Positions 17,888-26,443 of a stretch of 27,242 nt of DNA are shown here, one piece after another. The DNA is taken from contig VBAO01000001.1 in assembly GCA_005883865.1 (NCBI GenBank), forward strand, positions 1-27,242, in the 5' to 3' direction. Numbering within the stretch: position 1 is the stretch's first letter; each line of letters opens with the position of its first letter. The stretch comes from Candidatus Segetimicrobium genomatis (GTDB lineage Bacteria > Sysuimicrobiota > Sysuimicrobiia > Sysuimicrobiales > Segetimicrobiaceae). Position numbers and translations under genes: made by a program. The notes under the pieces are model-generated. The model searched no databases. It saw nothing but the letters and a program-made list of their open reading frames with translations, and had not been told where the DNA came from.

Positions 17888-19371
17888 AGCGCCGCCGTCC
17901 GGACGCCGACGACGCTTCGTCGCGGGTGGGCCGCGCGCGGCTGACGTGGCTCGCAGTGTCGGCGCTCGTCGTGCTCTCGGTGATATCGATGGTCCAGCTT
18001 CTCCGAGTCCATCGCTTCGACCCGTCGACCTCCGCAGAGGCGACGCGTTTGGTTGCGACGTCGTCAGCCAAGTCTCCCTATGCGGCCATTGCCGATCGCG
18101 ACGTCCGCCCCGAGCCGCCCGTGCCGTCGCTTGGCGGCGCTGGGTATCAGTTTACCGACCCCGTCTTCCGGTCCCGGATGCTTCGGATCACGGACGCGAA
18201 CACTCGTCCCGATACCGTGGGACGCTCATGGGGCTCCCCCGCGTCCCCGGAGACCAGCGCGTGGAACACCACCAGCACCAGGTTTTTTGTCACGGGTGAC
18301 GGCGGCGAGCAGATTCCCTTCGACTTCGATCCACGGGGGATGACGGCGTCCAGAACGGGCAACCGACGCAATCCAGCCGGTGGCCTCGTGCTCGGTTTTG
18401 GCGGCGAACCGTCGTTCAGCTTTCTCGATCCGGATGTCATCTACGGACTGCAGGGCGCCGACCCCCATAAGATCGTGCAGTATCGGTTCGCCAGCGGCGA
18501 GGAACGCGTGGTCCACGACATCGCATCGTGCTTGCCCGGAATCGCGTCCCGCGGGGCAGGAATCTCCGTCGCCGCGGATGACCAACGTCTCCTCACCTAT
18601 GTCGGCGGAGACGTTCAGGATCTGGATACGCATGTGTATGTCTACGACCGTGCACGCGGCTGTCGGTGGCTCAACGCGGAGACGGGCCAGGTCGGTGGCG
18701 AGTGGGGGCCGCCGGGAACGTATGAGGGGGATCACGGCTGGACGATCCACAATGCGCGCATGGCGAAAAATGGCAAATGGGCCAAGATCACCGCGGGCAG
18801 CGGATCCCGCGTGGGCGTGTATTTCTGGAACATCGACACCCTGACCGTCATCCCATGCCCCGTGGGTCGGCCGACCCGCTGCTCCGGCCATATGGTGATG
18901 GGCTTTGATCACGTGATCAATCATCGTGGCGTGACCGATGGGATGCAGGTCGCGATTCGGCCCCTGGAGGATCTCAAGAGCGTCAGACCGCTGATCGTCC
19001 CCGAACTCCGACCGTCCCGGTTTGTGATCGAGATCCATCCGACGTGGAACAACGTGCGGCCGGACGAGACACAGCCCGTGTGCACCGAAGTGTACCGGAC
19101 GGACGGCCGTGTCGAACGCGCGTGGGATGGGGAGATCATCTGTATCGAAACTGACGGGCTCGCGTCGACGGTGTGGCGATTCGCGCATCATCGCAGTCAG
19201 GTGGCGAGCTTCGGGGATCAGCCGCGCGCCAACGTGTCCCAAGATGGACGCTTCGTCCTCTTCACATCGAACTGGGAACAAACGCTGGGTCGAGGACCGG
19301 ACGGACCGCGCCACGACGCGTTTCTCGTGGAGCTGACTCCGGCCGCCGCCCCTCTGAGCACCCGTCGATGA
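17884..19371 (+). CDS. Hypothetical membrane-anchored/exported beta-propeller protein (TolB/oligogalacturonate-lyase-like C-terminal blade)
   Basis: ATGA overlaps at both ends. Basic N-terminus, then one hydrophobic helix (LTWLAVSALVVLSVISMVQLL); DPVFRSRMLRITD; terminal blade FAHHRS...QPRANVSQDGRFVLFTSNW. Confidence 0.65.
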   Translation: MKRRRPDADDASSRVGRARLTWLAVSALVVLSVISMVQLLRVHRFDPSTSAEATRLVATSSAKSPYAAIADRDVRPEPPVPSLGGAGYQFTDPVFRSRMLRITDANTRPDTVGRSWGSPASPETSAWNTTSTRFFVTGDGGEQIPFDFDPRGMTASRTGNRRNPAGGLVLGFGGEPSFSFLDPDVIYGLQGADPHKIVQYRFASGEERVVHDIASCLPGIASRGAGISVAADDQRLLTYVGGDVQDLDTHVYVYDRARGCRWLNAETGQVGGEWGPPGTYEGDHGWTIHNARMAKNGKWAKITAGSGSRVGVYFWNIDTLTVIPCPVGRPTRCSGHMVMGFDHVINHRGVTDGMQVAIRPLEDLKSVRPLIVPELRPSRFVIEIHPTWNNVRPDETQPVCTEVYRTDGRVERAWDGEIICIETDGLASTVWRFAHHRSQVASFGDQPRANVSQDGRFVLFTSNWEQTLGRGPDGPRHDAFLVELTPAAAPLSTRR

Positions 19372-21518
19372 GACGACGCCTGCGGCGCATGAGCCTGGAC
19401 GAACTGCTCGGTCGAAGCCGGCAGGAGGTCTCGAAGGTACTCGACCGGACGGGCTTGCTCACGAGAGACGGGCTCACGCCGTGTGACGCCATCGACGTCG
19501 AATCCTTTCGGGCCGTGGGGTCGCGGCGGTTCTTCGCAGGGGCGGTGAGTCAGCGAACGCCCCAACTCCTGGACGTCCGGCTGCCCGCCGTCAGGAACGA
19601 GGTGGTGAGCGCCGCGGACGCCGTGTGCCGCGGCCGCTTCGATCTCCTCGGGTACCGAGGACTGCTCTTCGGCGAGCCGGTGGACTGGCACCTCGACCCG
19701 GTCTCCGGACGGCGAGCGCCGTTCACTCACTGGAGCCGGATTGATCACCTCGACTACGCCCTCGTCGGCGACCACAAGGTCGTCTGGGAGCTGAACCGGC
19801 ACCAGTGGATGGTGGGGCTCGGGCAGGCCTACCGGCTGACGGGCGACCCGCGTTACGCCGATGCCTTCGCCGCCTTCGTCAGGCAGTGGATGGACGCCAA
19901 TCCTCGGGGGATGGGCATCAACTGGGCAAGCAGCCTGGAGGTCGCCTTGCGGCTGATCTCCTGGTGCTGGAGTCTGTGCCTCTTCCGGGACTCGGCGGCA
20001 CTGTCCCAAGGACTGTTCGCCGAGATGCTCGGCGGAATCTGGGCTCACGCCGCCCACGTGGAGCGGTATCTCTCGTACTACTTCTCACCCAACACGCATC
20101 TCACGGGCGAGGCCCTCGGCCTCGTCTACGCCGGGCTGCTCTTTCCGGAGCTCCCGCCGTCGAAGCGCTGGCGTACGCTCGGCGCACGAATCCTGGCCGA
20201 CCAGAGCGGGCGCCAGATCCTTCCCGACGGAGTCTATTTTGAGCAGTCGACGGGCTACGCCAGGTACACCCTCGAGATCTATCTGCACTTCCTCATCCTG
20301 GCCGGGCGCACCGCGTGGCCGATTCCGCCGGCAGTCGCCGAGCGGGTCGGCCGGCTGCTCGATTTTCTCCTCGCCGTCCGGAGTCCCAACGGCTCGATGC
20401 CGCAGATCGGTGATGCGGACAGCGGATCGCTGCTGCCACTGGCGCGGCGGGCTCAGGACGATTTCCGCGGTGTGTTCGCGACGGCGGCGGCGCTCTTGAG
20501 TCGCGCGGACTGTGCGTGGGCCGCGGGAGCCGCCACCCCCGAAGTCCTGTGGCTGCTCGGACCCGCGGGGCTTCGCGCGTTCGACGCGCTCCGACCGGCG
20601 CCGCCGGGGTTGTCGCCCTCGCGGCTCTTCCCCGACGGCGGCTGCGTGGTCATGCGGACCGGCTGGGAGCCCGATGCCCATCAGTTGATTTTCGACGTCG
20701 GCCCCCTGGGTGGGCCCGGCAGCGGCGGCCACGGCCACGCCGATCTGTTGAGCGTGCAGTGCGCCGTCTTCGGCGAGCCGTGCCTCGTAGATCCAGGAAC
20801 CTACTCTTACAGCGGGGACGCCGCGGGCCGAGATTTCTTCCGAGGCACGGTGGCACATAGCACCGTCGTCGTGGACGGCGAGCCGCAGGCGAGGCCGGCA
20901 GGGCCGTTTCAATGGCGGACACGCCCGCTCGCGCGCTTGCGCCAGTGGCGCTCGACGCCGGAGTTCGACCTCGCCGACGCCGAGCACGCCGCCTACTTGC
21001 ATCTTTCCGGCGGTGTCACTCATCGGCGGCGCGTCCTGTTTGTCAAAGGCGGTTACTGGATCGTCGTGGATGACGTCGACGGGCAGGGGGAACACCAGGT
21101 CGACTTGCGATTTCAGTTTGCCCAGATCGAACTGGACGTGGATCCAGGGCTGTGGGCGCGGGCGTGTGGCCGAGGCGGCCGGGGCCTCCTGATCCGCCCA
21201 TTCGCGAACGTCGCCCTGAAGGCGAGCATCCACAGCGGAGAGTTCGACCCGAGGCAGGGGTGGACGTCGGCCGAGTACGGCCGGCAGGACGCCTCGCCCG
21301 TCCTGGTCTACTCCACGGTCAGCAAGGGTCCGCTGCGCATCATGACACTGCTCCTGCCGACGTCGGATCCACGTGGAGCCGCGCCCTCCGTCGCCCCGCT
21401 CGTCGGCGAGGACTCGCTGCCGGTGGGGCTCGTCGTCGAACGCGAGCGCGTCCACTTTGATGGCGTGGGCGCCTTCCGGGTGAGAGCCGTCTCGTCCGCC
21501 GTGGGCCGTCGCGAGTAA
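19368..21518 (+). CDS. Heparinase II/III-family (polysaccharide lyase fold) protein
   Basis: DHKVVWELNRHQW, NWASSLEVALRLISW, SPNTHLTGE, DGVYFEQSTGYARY, PQIGDAD, GHGHADLLS, VDPGTYSY, AHSTVVVDG, HRRRVLF. Confidence 0.88.
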   Translation: MRRRLRRMSLDELLGRSRQEVSKVLDRTGLLTRDGLTPCDAIDVESFRAVGSRRFFAGAVSQRTPQLLDVRLPAVRNEVVSAADAVCRGRFDLLGYRGLLFGEPVDWHLDPVSGRRAPFTHWSRIDHLDYALVGDHKVVWELNRHQWMVGLGQAYRLTGDPRYADAFAAFVRQWMDANPRGMGINWASSLEVALRLISWCWSLCLFRDSAALSQGLFAEMLGGIWAHAAHVERYLSYYFSPNTHLTGEALGLVYAGLLFPELPPSKRWRTLGARILADQSGRQILPDGVYFEQSTGYARYTLEIYLHFLILAGRTAWPIPPAVAERVGRLLDFLLAVRSPNGSMPQIGDADSGSLLPLARRAQDDFRGVFATAAALLSRADCAWAAGAATPEVLWLLGPAGLRAFDALRPAPPGLSPSRLFPDGGCVVMRTGWEPDAHQLIFDVGPLGGPGSGGHGHADLLSVQCAVFGEPCLVDPGTYSYSGDAAGRDFFRGTVAHSTVVVDGEPQARPAGPFQWRTRPLARLRQWRSTPEFDLADAEHAAYLHLSGGVTHRRRVLFVKGGYWIVVDDVDGQGEHQVDLRFQFAQIELDVDPGLWARACGRGGRGLLIRPFANVALKASIHSGEFDPRQGWTSAEYGRQDASPVLVYSTVSKGPLRIMTLLLPTSDPRGAAPSVAPLVGEDSLPVGLVVERERVHFDGVGAFRVRAVSSAVGRRE

Positions 21519-21545
21519 CGCAGGCAGGCAATCGAGGCCGTCACA

Positions 21546-23498
21546 ATGTGCGGAATCGTGGGCATCGTCAGGTTCAACGGAGACGTCGTCGATGAGGCGC
21601 GTCTCAAACGTATGCGTGACGTGCTGCGCCACCGGGGGCCAGATGGCGAGGGGCTATGGATCGAGGGACCGGTCGGACTGGGACACCGGCGGCTCGCGAT
21701 CGTCGACGTAGCCGGCGGCCATCAGCCGCTCGCGAACGAGGACGAGAGCGTCTGGATCGTCTACAACGGCGAGATCTATAACCACGCTGCCCTCCGTCCC
21801 GGGCTTGAAGCGCGAGGGCATCGGTACCGAACGCGGAGCGATACGGAGACAATCCTGCACCTGTACGAAGAGGAAGGAGAGCGGTGCGTCGAGCGGCTCC
21901 AAGGGATGTTCTCGTTTGCGGTATGGGACCGAGCGCGCAGGCGGATTCTGCTCGCGCGGGACCGGCTGGGGATCAAGCCGCTCTACTACGCCTGCACCGA
22001 GGAGGAGCTACTCTTCGCCTCCGAGATCAAGGCCCTCTTGGCCGCCGGCATTCGCCCCGCATTGAATGAGGCAGTCCTGCCGGAGCTTCTCGCCACACGC
22101 TTCGTCGCCGGCGAGGAGACCCTGTTCCGTGGGGTGCGCAAGCTGCTACCCGGCCGAACGCTCGTATGGTCGTCTCGCGAGGGCGTCCGAGAGCGCCGCT
22201 ACTGGCACCTCCCGGCCGCGACGGATCACGGGCCGTCGACGCTTGAGGAGGAGGCCGCCGCGGTGCGGGCCCGGCTCGAGGCCACGGTCGAGAGTCACCT
22301 CATGAGCGATGTCCCGCTCGGACTATTCCTCTCCGGCGGGCTCGATTCGACTGGGCTGGCGGCCCTCATGGCACGCAGGGTGAAGGAACCGATTCGGACC
22401 TACGCCGTGGGGTTCACCGAACGCGAAGCGAACGAGCTCTCGTATGCTCGGCTCGCGGCCCGCTCGGTCGGAGCCCGGCACCGCGAGGTCATCGTGTCGC
22501 CGGAGGAGTTCTTCAACGCGCTGCCACGCCTCATCTGGCACGAGGACGAGCCTATCGCGTTTCCCTCGAGCGTTCCGCTGTACTTCGTCTCGCGTCTGGC
22601 CGCCGAGCACGTCAAGGTCGTGCTGACCGGCGAGGGAGCCGACGAGCTCTTCCTCGGCTACCCCTGGTATCGGGTGACCGCCTGGAACGAGCGGCTCGGC
22701 GGCGTCTATCGGCGGTTCCTGCCGCAGGGCCTCCGTCAACTGGTGAGCCCGCTCGTCCGCGCACTGCCGAGGCCAGTCCGCCGCTACGCTGCGCGAACGT
22801 TCCTCGCGCTCGAACCCGGCCCGCGAGCGCTGTTCTACGAGAACTTCGCGGTGTTCGGGCAGGCTCTCCAGCAACGTCTCTGGGCGGACCCGGACCTGGC
22901 GGCGGCCCGGGATCCGTACGCCGAAGAGCTGCGCTGCTATGAGGAAGGGGAGGGCGGGACGCTCGAGCGAATGAGCCGTGCTGACCTCCAGACCTACCTG
23001 GTCGAGCTATTGATGAAGCAGGATCAGATGAGCATGGCGGCGTCGATCGAGAGCCGGGTCCCCTATCTGGATCACGAGCTGGTCGAACACGTCGTCGCCA
23101 TCCCGGCCCACTTCAAGCTCCAGGGCTGGCGCAGCAAGGCCGTGCTGCGGGAGGCGCTGCGCGATGTGGTTCCACGCGAGATCCTCACGCGACGAAAGAT
23201 GGGGTTTCCCGTGCCCGTGGGCCGCTGGTTTCAGGGACCGTTCTGGGCGCTCGTCCAGGAATTTGTCCTGGGCCCGCGGGCCCTCGCCAGAGGACTCTTT
23301 GCACGCTCCTTCCTCGAGAACCTCGCCACCGAGCATCGCACGGGCCGGGGACGGCATGGCGATCGACTCTGGCTGTTGGTGAACCTTGAGCTCTGGCAGC
23401 GGATCTTCCTCGACGGCGAAGATATGGACGCCGTCATGCGACCGGTGGTCGGCGACGGCGACGCACGGAGCCGGGGTGGGCGGGCTCTCGTCGCCTGA
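21546..23498 (+). CDS. asnB: Asparagine synthase (glutamine-hydrolysing)-like amidotransferase, paralog 2
   Basis: MCGIVG, HRGPD, HRRLAIVD, YNGEIYNH, RDRLGIKPLYY, FLSGGLDST, TGEGADELFLGY, KQDQMSMAASIESRVPYLD, RRKMGFPVP, LWLLVNLELW. Confidence 0.92.
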   Translation: MCGIVGIVRFNGDVVDEARLKRMRDVLRHRGPDGEGLWIEGPVGLGHRRLAIVDVAGGHQPLANEDESVWIVYNGEIYNHAALRPGLEARGHRYRTRSDTETILHLYEEEGERCVERLQGMFSFAVWDRARRRILLARDRLGIKPLYYACTEEELLFASEIKALLAAGIRPALNEAVLPELLATRFVAGEETLFRGVRKLLPGRTLVWSSREGVRERRYWHLPAATDHGPSTLEEEAAAVRARLEATVESHLMSDVPLGLFLSGGLDSTGLAALMARRVKEPIRTYAVGFTEREANELSYARLAARSVGARHREVIVSPEEFFNALPRLIWHEDEPIAFPSSVPLYFVSRLAAEHVKVVLTGEGADELFLGYPWYRVTAWNERLGGVYRRFLPQGLRQLVSPLVRALPRPVRRYAARTFLALEPGPRALFYENFAVFGQALQQRLWADPDLAAARDPYAEELRCYEEGEGGTLERMSRADLQTYLVELLMKQDQMSMAASIESRVPYLDHELVEHVVAIPAHFKLQGWRSKAVLREALRDVVPREILTRRKMGFPVPVGRWFQGPFWALVQEFVLGPRALARGLFARSFLENLATEHRTGRGRHGDRLWLLVNLELWQRIFLDGEDMDAVMRPVVGDGDARSRGGRALVA

Positions 23499-23919
23499 GA
23501 TGTGATGAACTCGCGCCGGGGTGCCCAGGGTGGCGTCGCCGCGCAGTCTCCCCCGCCGTCCGTAGTCGAGGCAGGTCACGTGCGTCGCTCGCTGGCACAG
23601 ATCCGACCATTGGGTCGTCGACAATCAGATCCTGCTCCACACGCCGCCCGTGGGTTCGCAATCGGCGAGATATCGTGCCGCGCACACTACGCTCCCGGAG
23701 CGAGCGCGATCGAGGTTCGCCGATCGGTGACGTATGGGCTGGCGCGCTCCTGGGCCGCCTCCGCTCTCGCGTGTGGCGCTGGGGCCGGTGGAGCGGCGGC
23801 GTCCTGCCCGACTCCCCCAGCGTCGGACTTGGGCAGACCTCCTCTCATCCCTGCGCCGACGGAGCGCAACGGTCAGGAGACCGCGTGACGGTCGATCGAC
23901 GGCGGGTGGCCTGAGCGAG

Positions 23920-25128
23920 ATGCGCATTCTCTGGGTCAAGGTCGGGGGGCTCTGGCCGCTCAACACGGGCGGGCGACTCCGCAGCTTTCACATGATCTCG
24001 GAGCTGGCGCGTCGGCACCGCGTGACGCTGCTGACGACCCACCGCCCCGGGGAGGATCCGCGGGAGCTGGCGACGCGGCTGTCGTCGTGCGAGCGAGTCG
24101 TGTCGTTTCCGTACGCTCCCGCTAAGCACGAAAGCTGGCGCTTTGCCCTTGCCGTGCTGCGATCGTGGGTTTCGACGCTGCCGGCCGACCTCTGGAAGTG
24201 GCGTGTCGCGCCGCTGCGCGCCGAGGCGGTTCGCCTGGTCAAGGCCCGCGAGGTGGATCTGTGCGTGGCCGACTTCTTACTCGCGATCCCGAACGTTCAG
24301 CTGAGGGGCCCCGTTCCCGTCCTCTTTTTTGAGCACAACGTCGAGCACACGATCTGGCAGCGGCTGTGGCAGGTCGAGACCCGCTGGTGGCGCCGCCCGC
24401 TGCTCGCCGTGGAGTGGAGGAAAATGCGGCGCTACGAGGCCCGCGCGTGCCGGCGGTCGACGGTGACGATCGCGGTTTCGGAAACGGATCGGGCGCTCCT
24501 CGCCGCCGGCGCCCCCAGCGCCAGCGTCTTTGCCGTCCCGACCGGCGTCGACGTTGCGTATTTCGCGCCAAACGGCAGGGCGGAGGTGCCGGGGCACCTC
24601 GTGTTCACGGGTTCCATGGATTGGTATCCGAACGAGGACGCCATCGTGTACTTCCTCGAGACGATCCTGCCGTTGGTCCGTCGCGAGATGTCCGGGGTCT
24701 CCCTGACGATTGCGGGACGGAATCCGTCCCCGCGCGTGTTGAGGGCGGCAGGGCAGGCGGGTGTCAAGATCACGGGCACGGTGGACGACATCCGCCCCTA
24801 CATCGCGGAAGCGGCCGTCTACGTGGTACCGCTGCGGGTCGGCGGAGGGACGCGTCTCAAGATCTTCGAAGCGCTCGCGATGGCCAAGGCGGTCGTGTCG
24901 ACGCCGGTCGGAGCCGAGGGGCTTCCGCTCCAGCCTGGCGAGCACTTCCTGCGGGCCGAGGATCCTGCCGAGTTCGCCCGGGCCGTGACCTCGCTCCTGC
25001 GGGATCCCGCTCGCCGGCGGGCGCTCGGCGCCGCGGGCCGGCGGCTCGTCGAGGAGCGCTACTCGTGGGCCCGGGTGGCGCGGGAGTTCGAGGCCAAATG
25101 TGAGGAGGCATTCACCAATGCGTCTTAG
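23920..25128 (+). CDS. Glycosyltransferase family 4, resembling EPS/PEP-CTERM-locus sugar transferases
   Basis: MRILWV...WPLNTGGRLRS, FEHNVE, VPTGVDVAYF, FTGSMDWYPNED, VVPLRVGGGTRLKIFEALAM..AVVST..GAEG. Confidence 0.9.
   Translation: MRILWVKVGGLWPLNTGGRLRSFHMISELARRHRVTLLTTHRPGEDPRELATRLSSCERVVSFPYAPAKHESWRFALAVLRSWVSTLPADLWKWRVAPLRAEAVRLVKAREVDLCVADFLLAIPNVQLRGPVPVLFFEHNVEHTIWQRLWQVETRWWRRPLLAVEWRKMRRYEARACRRSTVTIAVSETDRALLAAGAPSASVFAVPTGVDVAYFAPNGRAEVPGHLVFTGSMDWYPNEDAIVYFLETILPLVRREMSGVSLTIAGRNPSPRVLRAAGQAGVKITGTVDDIRPYIAEAAVYVVPLRVGGGTRLKIFEALAMAKAVVSTPVGAEGLPLQPGEHFLRAEDPAEFARAVTSLLRDPARRRALGAAGRRLVEERYSWARVAREFEAKCEEAFTNAS
25102..25108 (+). promoter_or_regulatory. Shine-Dalgarno (GAGGAGG) for the dehydrogenase gene
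   Basis: Strong SD 9 nt upstream of ATG 25118, inside the end of the upstream GT gene. Confidence 0.65.
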
Positions 25129-26416
25129 TGTCTTCGGGCTTGGATACGTGGGATGTGTGACGGCTGCGTCGCTGGCGAAGGCGGGCCACGAGGTGATAGG
25201 GGCCGACGTCAACGCGGAAAAGGTCGCGATGGTGAACGGTGCGAGGCCGCCCGTGGTCGAGCCGGGATTGGCGGAGCTGCTCGCGGAGGTCGTGGGCGAG
25301 GGACGTCTCCGGGCGACGACGTCGAGCGACGAGGCGGTCGCAGACTCGGACGTATCGCTCATCTGCGTTGGGACTCCCAGCCGCGCGACCGGCGCGCTCG
25401 ATGTAGAGGCCATCGCGCGAACCGGCCACAGCATCGGCAAGGCGCTGCGCAAGCGAGCGGAGCCATATACCGTCGTGCTTCGAAGCACGGTACTGCCCGG
25501 GACGACCGAGCAGTGCCTCGTCCCTGCGCTCCTCGCCGGCTCCGGCGGCCGGGATGCGGTGCGGGTGGCCATGAACCCCGAGTTCATGCGCGAGGGCTCG
25601 TCGCTGGCTGATTTCGCTCGACCGCCGTTCACGGTCGTCGGATGCGCGGATCCCGCCACCGAATCACTCCTGCGCCTGCTCTACGCAGGCGTCGATGCGC
25701 CATTCGTCCACACGACCATCCGAGCGGCGGAGATGGTGAAGTACACGGCGAACGCCTTCCACGCCCTCAAGGTGTGTTTCGCGAACGAGATTGGCGACGC
25801 GTGCGCGGCGCTCGGGGCCGATGTCCACGAGGTGATACGGATCTTCCTGATGGACCGGAAGCTCAATGTGTCGGACGCGTACCTGCGGCCGGGCTTCGCC
25901 TTCGGAGGCTCCTGTCTGCCCAAAGACCTTCGGGCCCTGACCCATGCCGCGCGAGCCGCCGACGTCTCGCTCCCACTGCTCGAAACGATCTTGCCGTCCA
26001 ACGAGATCCAGATCCGTCGCGCCGCGGAGGCCGTGCTGGCCACGCGACTGCGGCGCGTGGGTGTCGTGGGCCTGTCCTTCAAGAATGGCACCGACGATCT
26101 CCGAGAAAGTCCGATGGTCGCGCTGGTCGAGACCCTCATCGGAAAGGGGTGCGACGTCCGGATCCTGGATCGCACCGTCTCGATCGCGCGCTTGGTCGGA
26201 GCCAACCGTCGGTACATCGAAGAGGAGATCCCCCACATCGCGTCGTTGATGTGCCGGGACGTGACGGAGCTCCTCTCCCACGCCGCGGTGCTGGTGATCG
26301 GAAATGCGAGCGAGGAGGCCGCGCTCGTTCTGGCCGCGGCGAGCCCGGAGCGTGTGGTGATCGATCTCACCCGGAACGCTCGCCGCCCTGCGGCCACGGC
26401 GACGCCCGCGGTCTAA
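25118..26416 (+). CDS. UDP-glucose/GDP-mannose 6-dehydrogenase family, AlgD-like
   Basis: MRLSVFGLGYVG, VVEPGL, ICVGTPS, NPEFMREG, VKYTANAFHALKVCFANEIG, YLRPGFAFGGSCLPKD (catalytic Cys), GLSFKNGTDDLRESP, LIGKG. Recalled as closer to AlgD than to typical Ugd. Confidence 0.9.
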   Translation: MRLSVFGLGYVGCVTAASLAKAGHEVIGADVNAEKVAMVNGARPPVVEPGLAELLAEVVGEGRLRATTSSDEAVADSDVSLICVGTPSRATGALDVEAIARTGHSIGKALRKRAEPYTVVLRSTVLPGTTEQCLVPALLAGSGGRDAVRVAMNPEFMREGSSLADFARPPFTVVGCADPATESLLRLLYAGVDAPFVHTTIRAAEMVKYTANAFHALKVCFANEIGDACAALGADVHEVIRIFLMDRKLNVSDAYLRPGFAFGGSCLPKDLRALTHAARAADVSLPLLETILPSNEIQIRRAAEAVLATRLRRVGVVGLSFKNGTDDLRESPMVALVETLIGKGCDVRILDRTVSIARLVGANRRYIEEEIPHIASLMCRDVTELLSHAAVLVIGNASEEAALVLAAASPERVVIDLTRNARRPAATATPAV

Positions 26417-26443
26417 TTGCCGCCAGAGTCGCCCGGTGACGAT

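Noticed and set aside
19368-19400. RRRLRR at the heparinase N-terminus as a Tat signal
   Set aside because: No following hydrophobic region or cleavage motif; charged residues follow (DELLGRSRQE).
23495-23504. CTGAGATGTG occurs at both 7014-7023 and 23495-23504
   Set aside because: Only 10 bp and largely forced by stop-G-ATG geometry; no extended homology seen.
21546-23919. AsnB-like gene followed by a small ORF as a possible lasso-peptide cyclase and precursor
   Set aside because: Both AsnB proteins have a full glutaminase domain with the Ntn Cys, no B1/B2 (PqqD/transglutaminase-like) genes are visible, and the small ORFs lack a lasso leader/core pattern.
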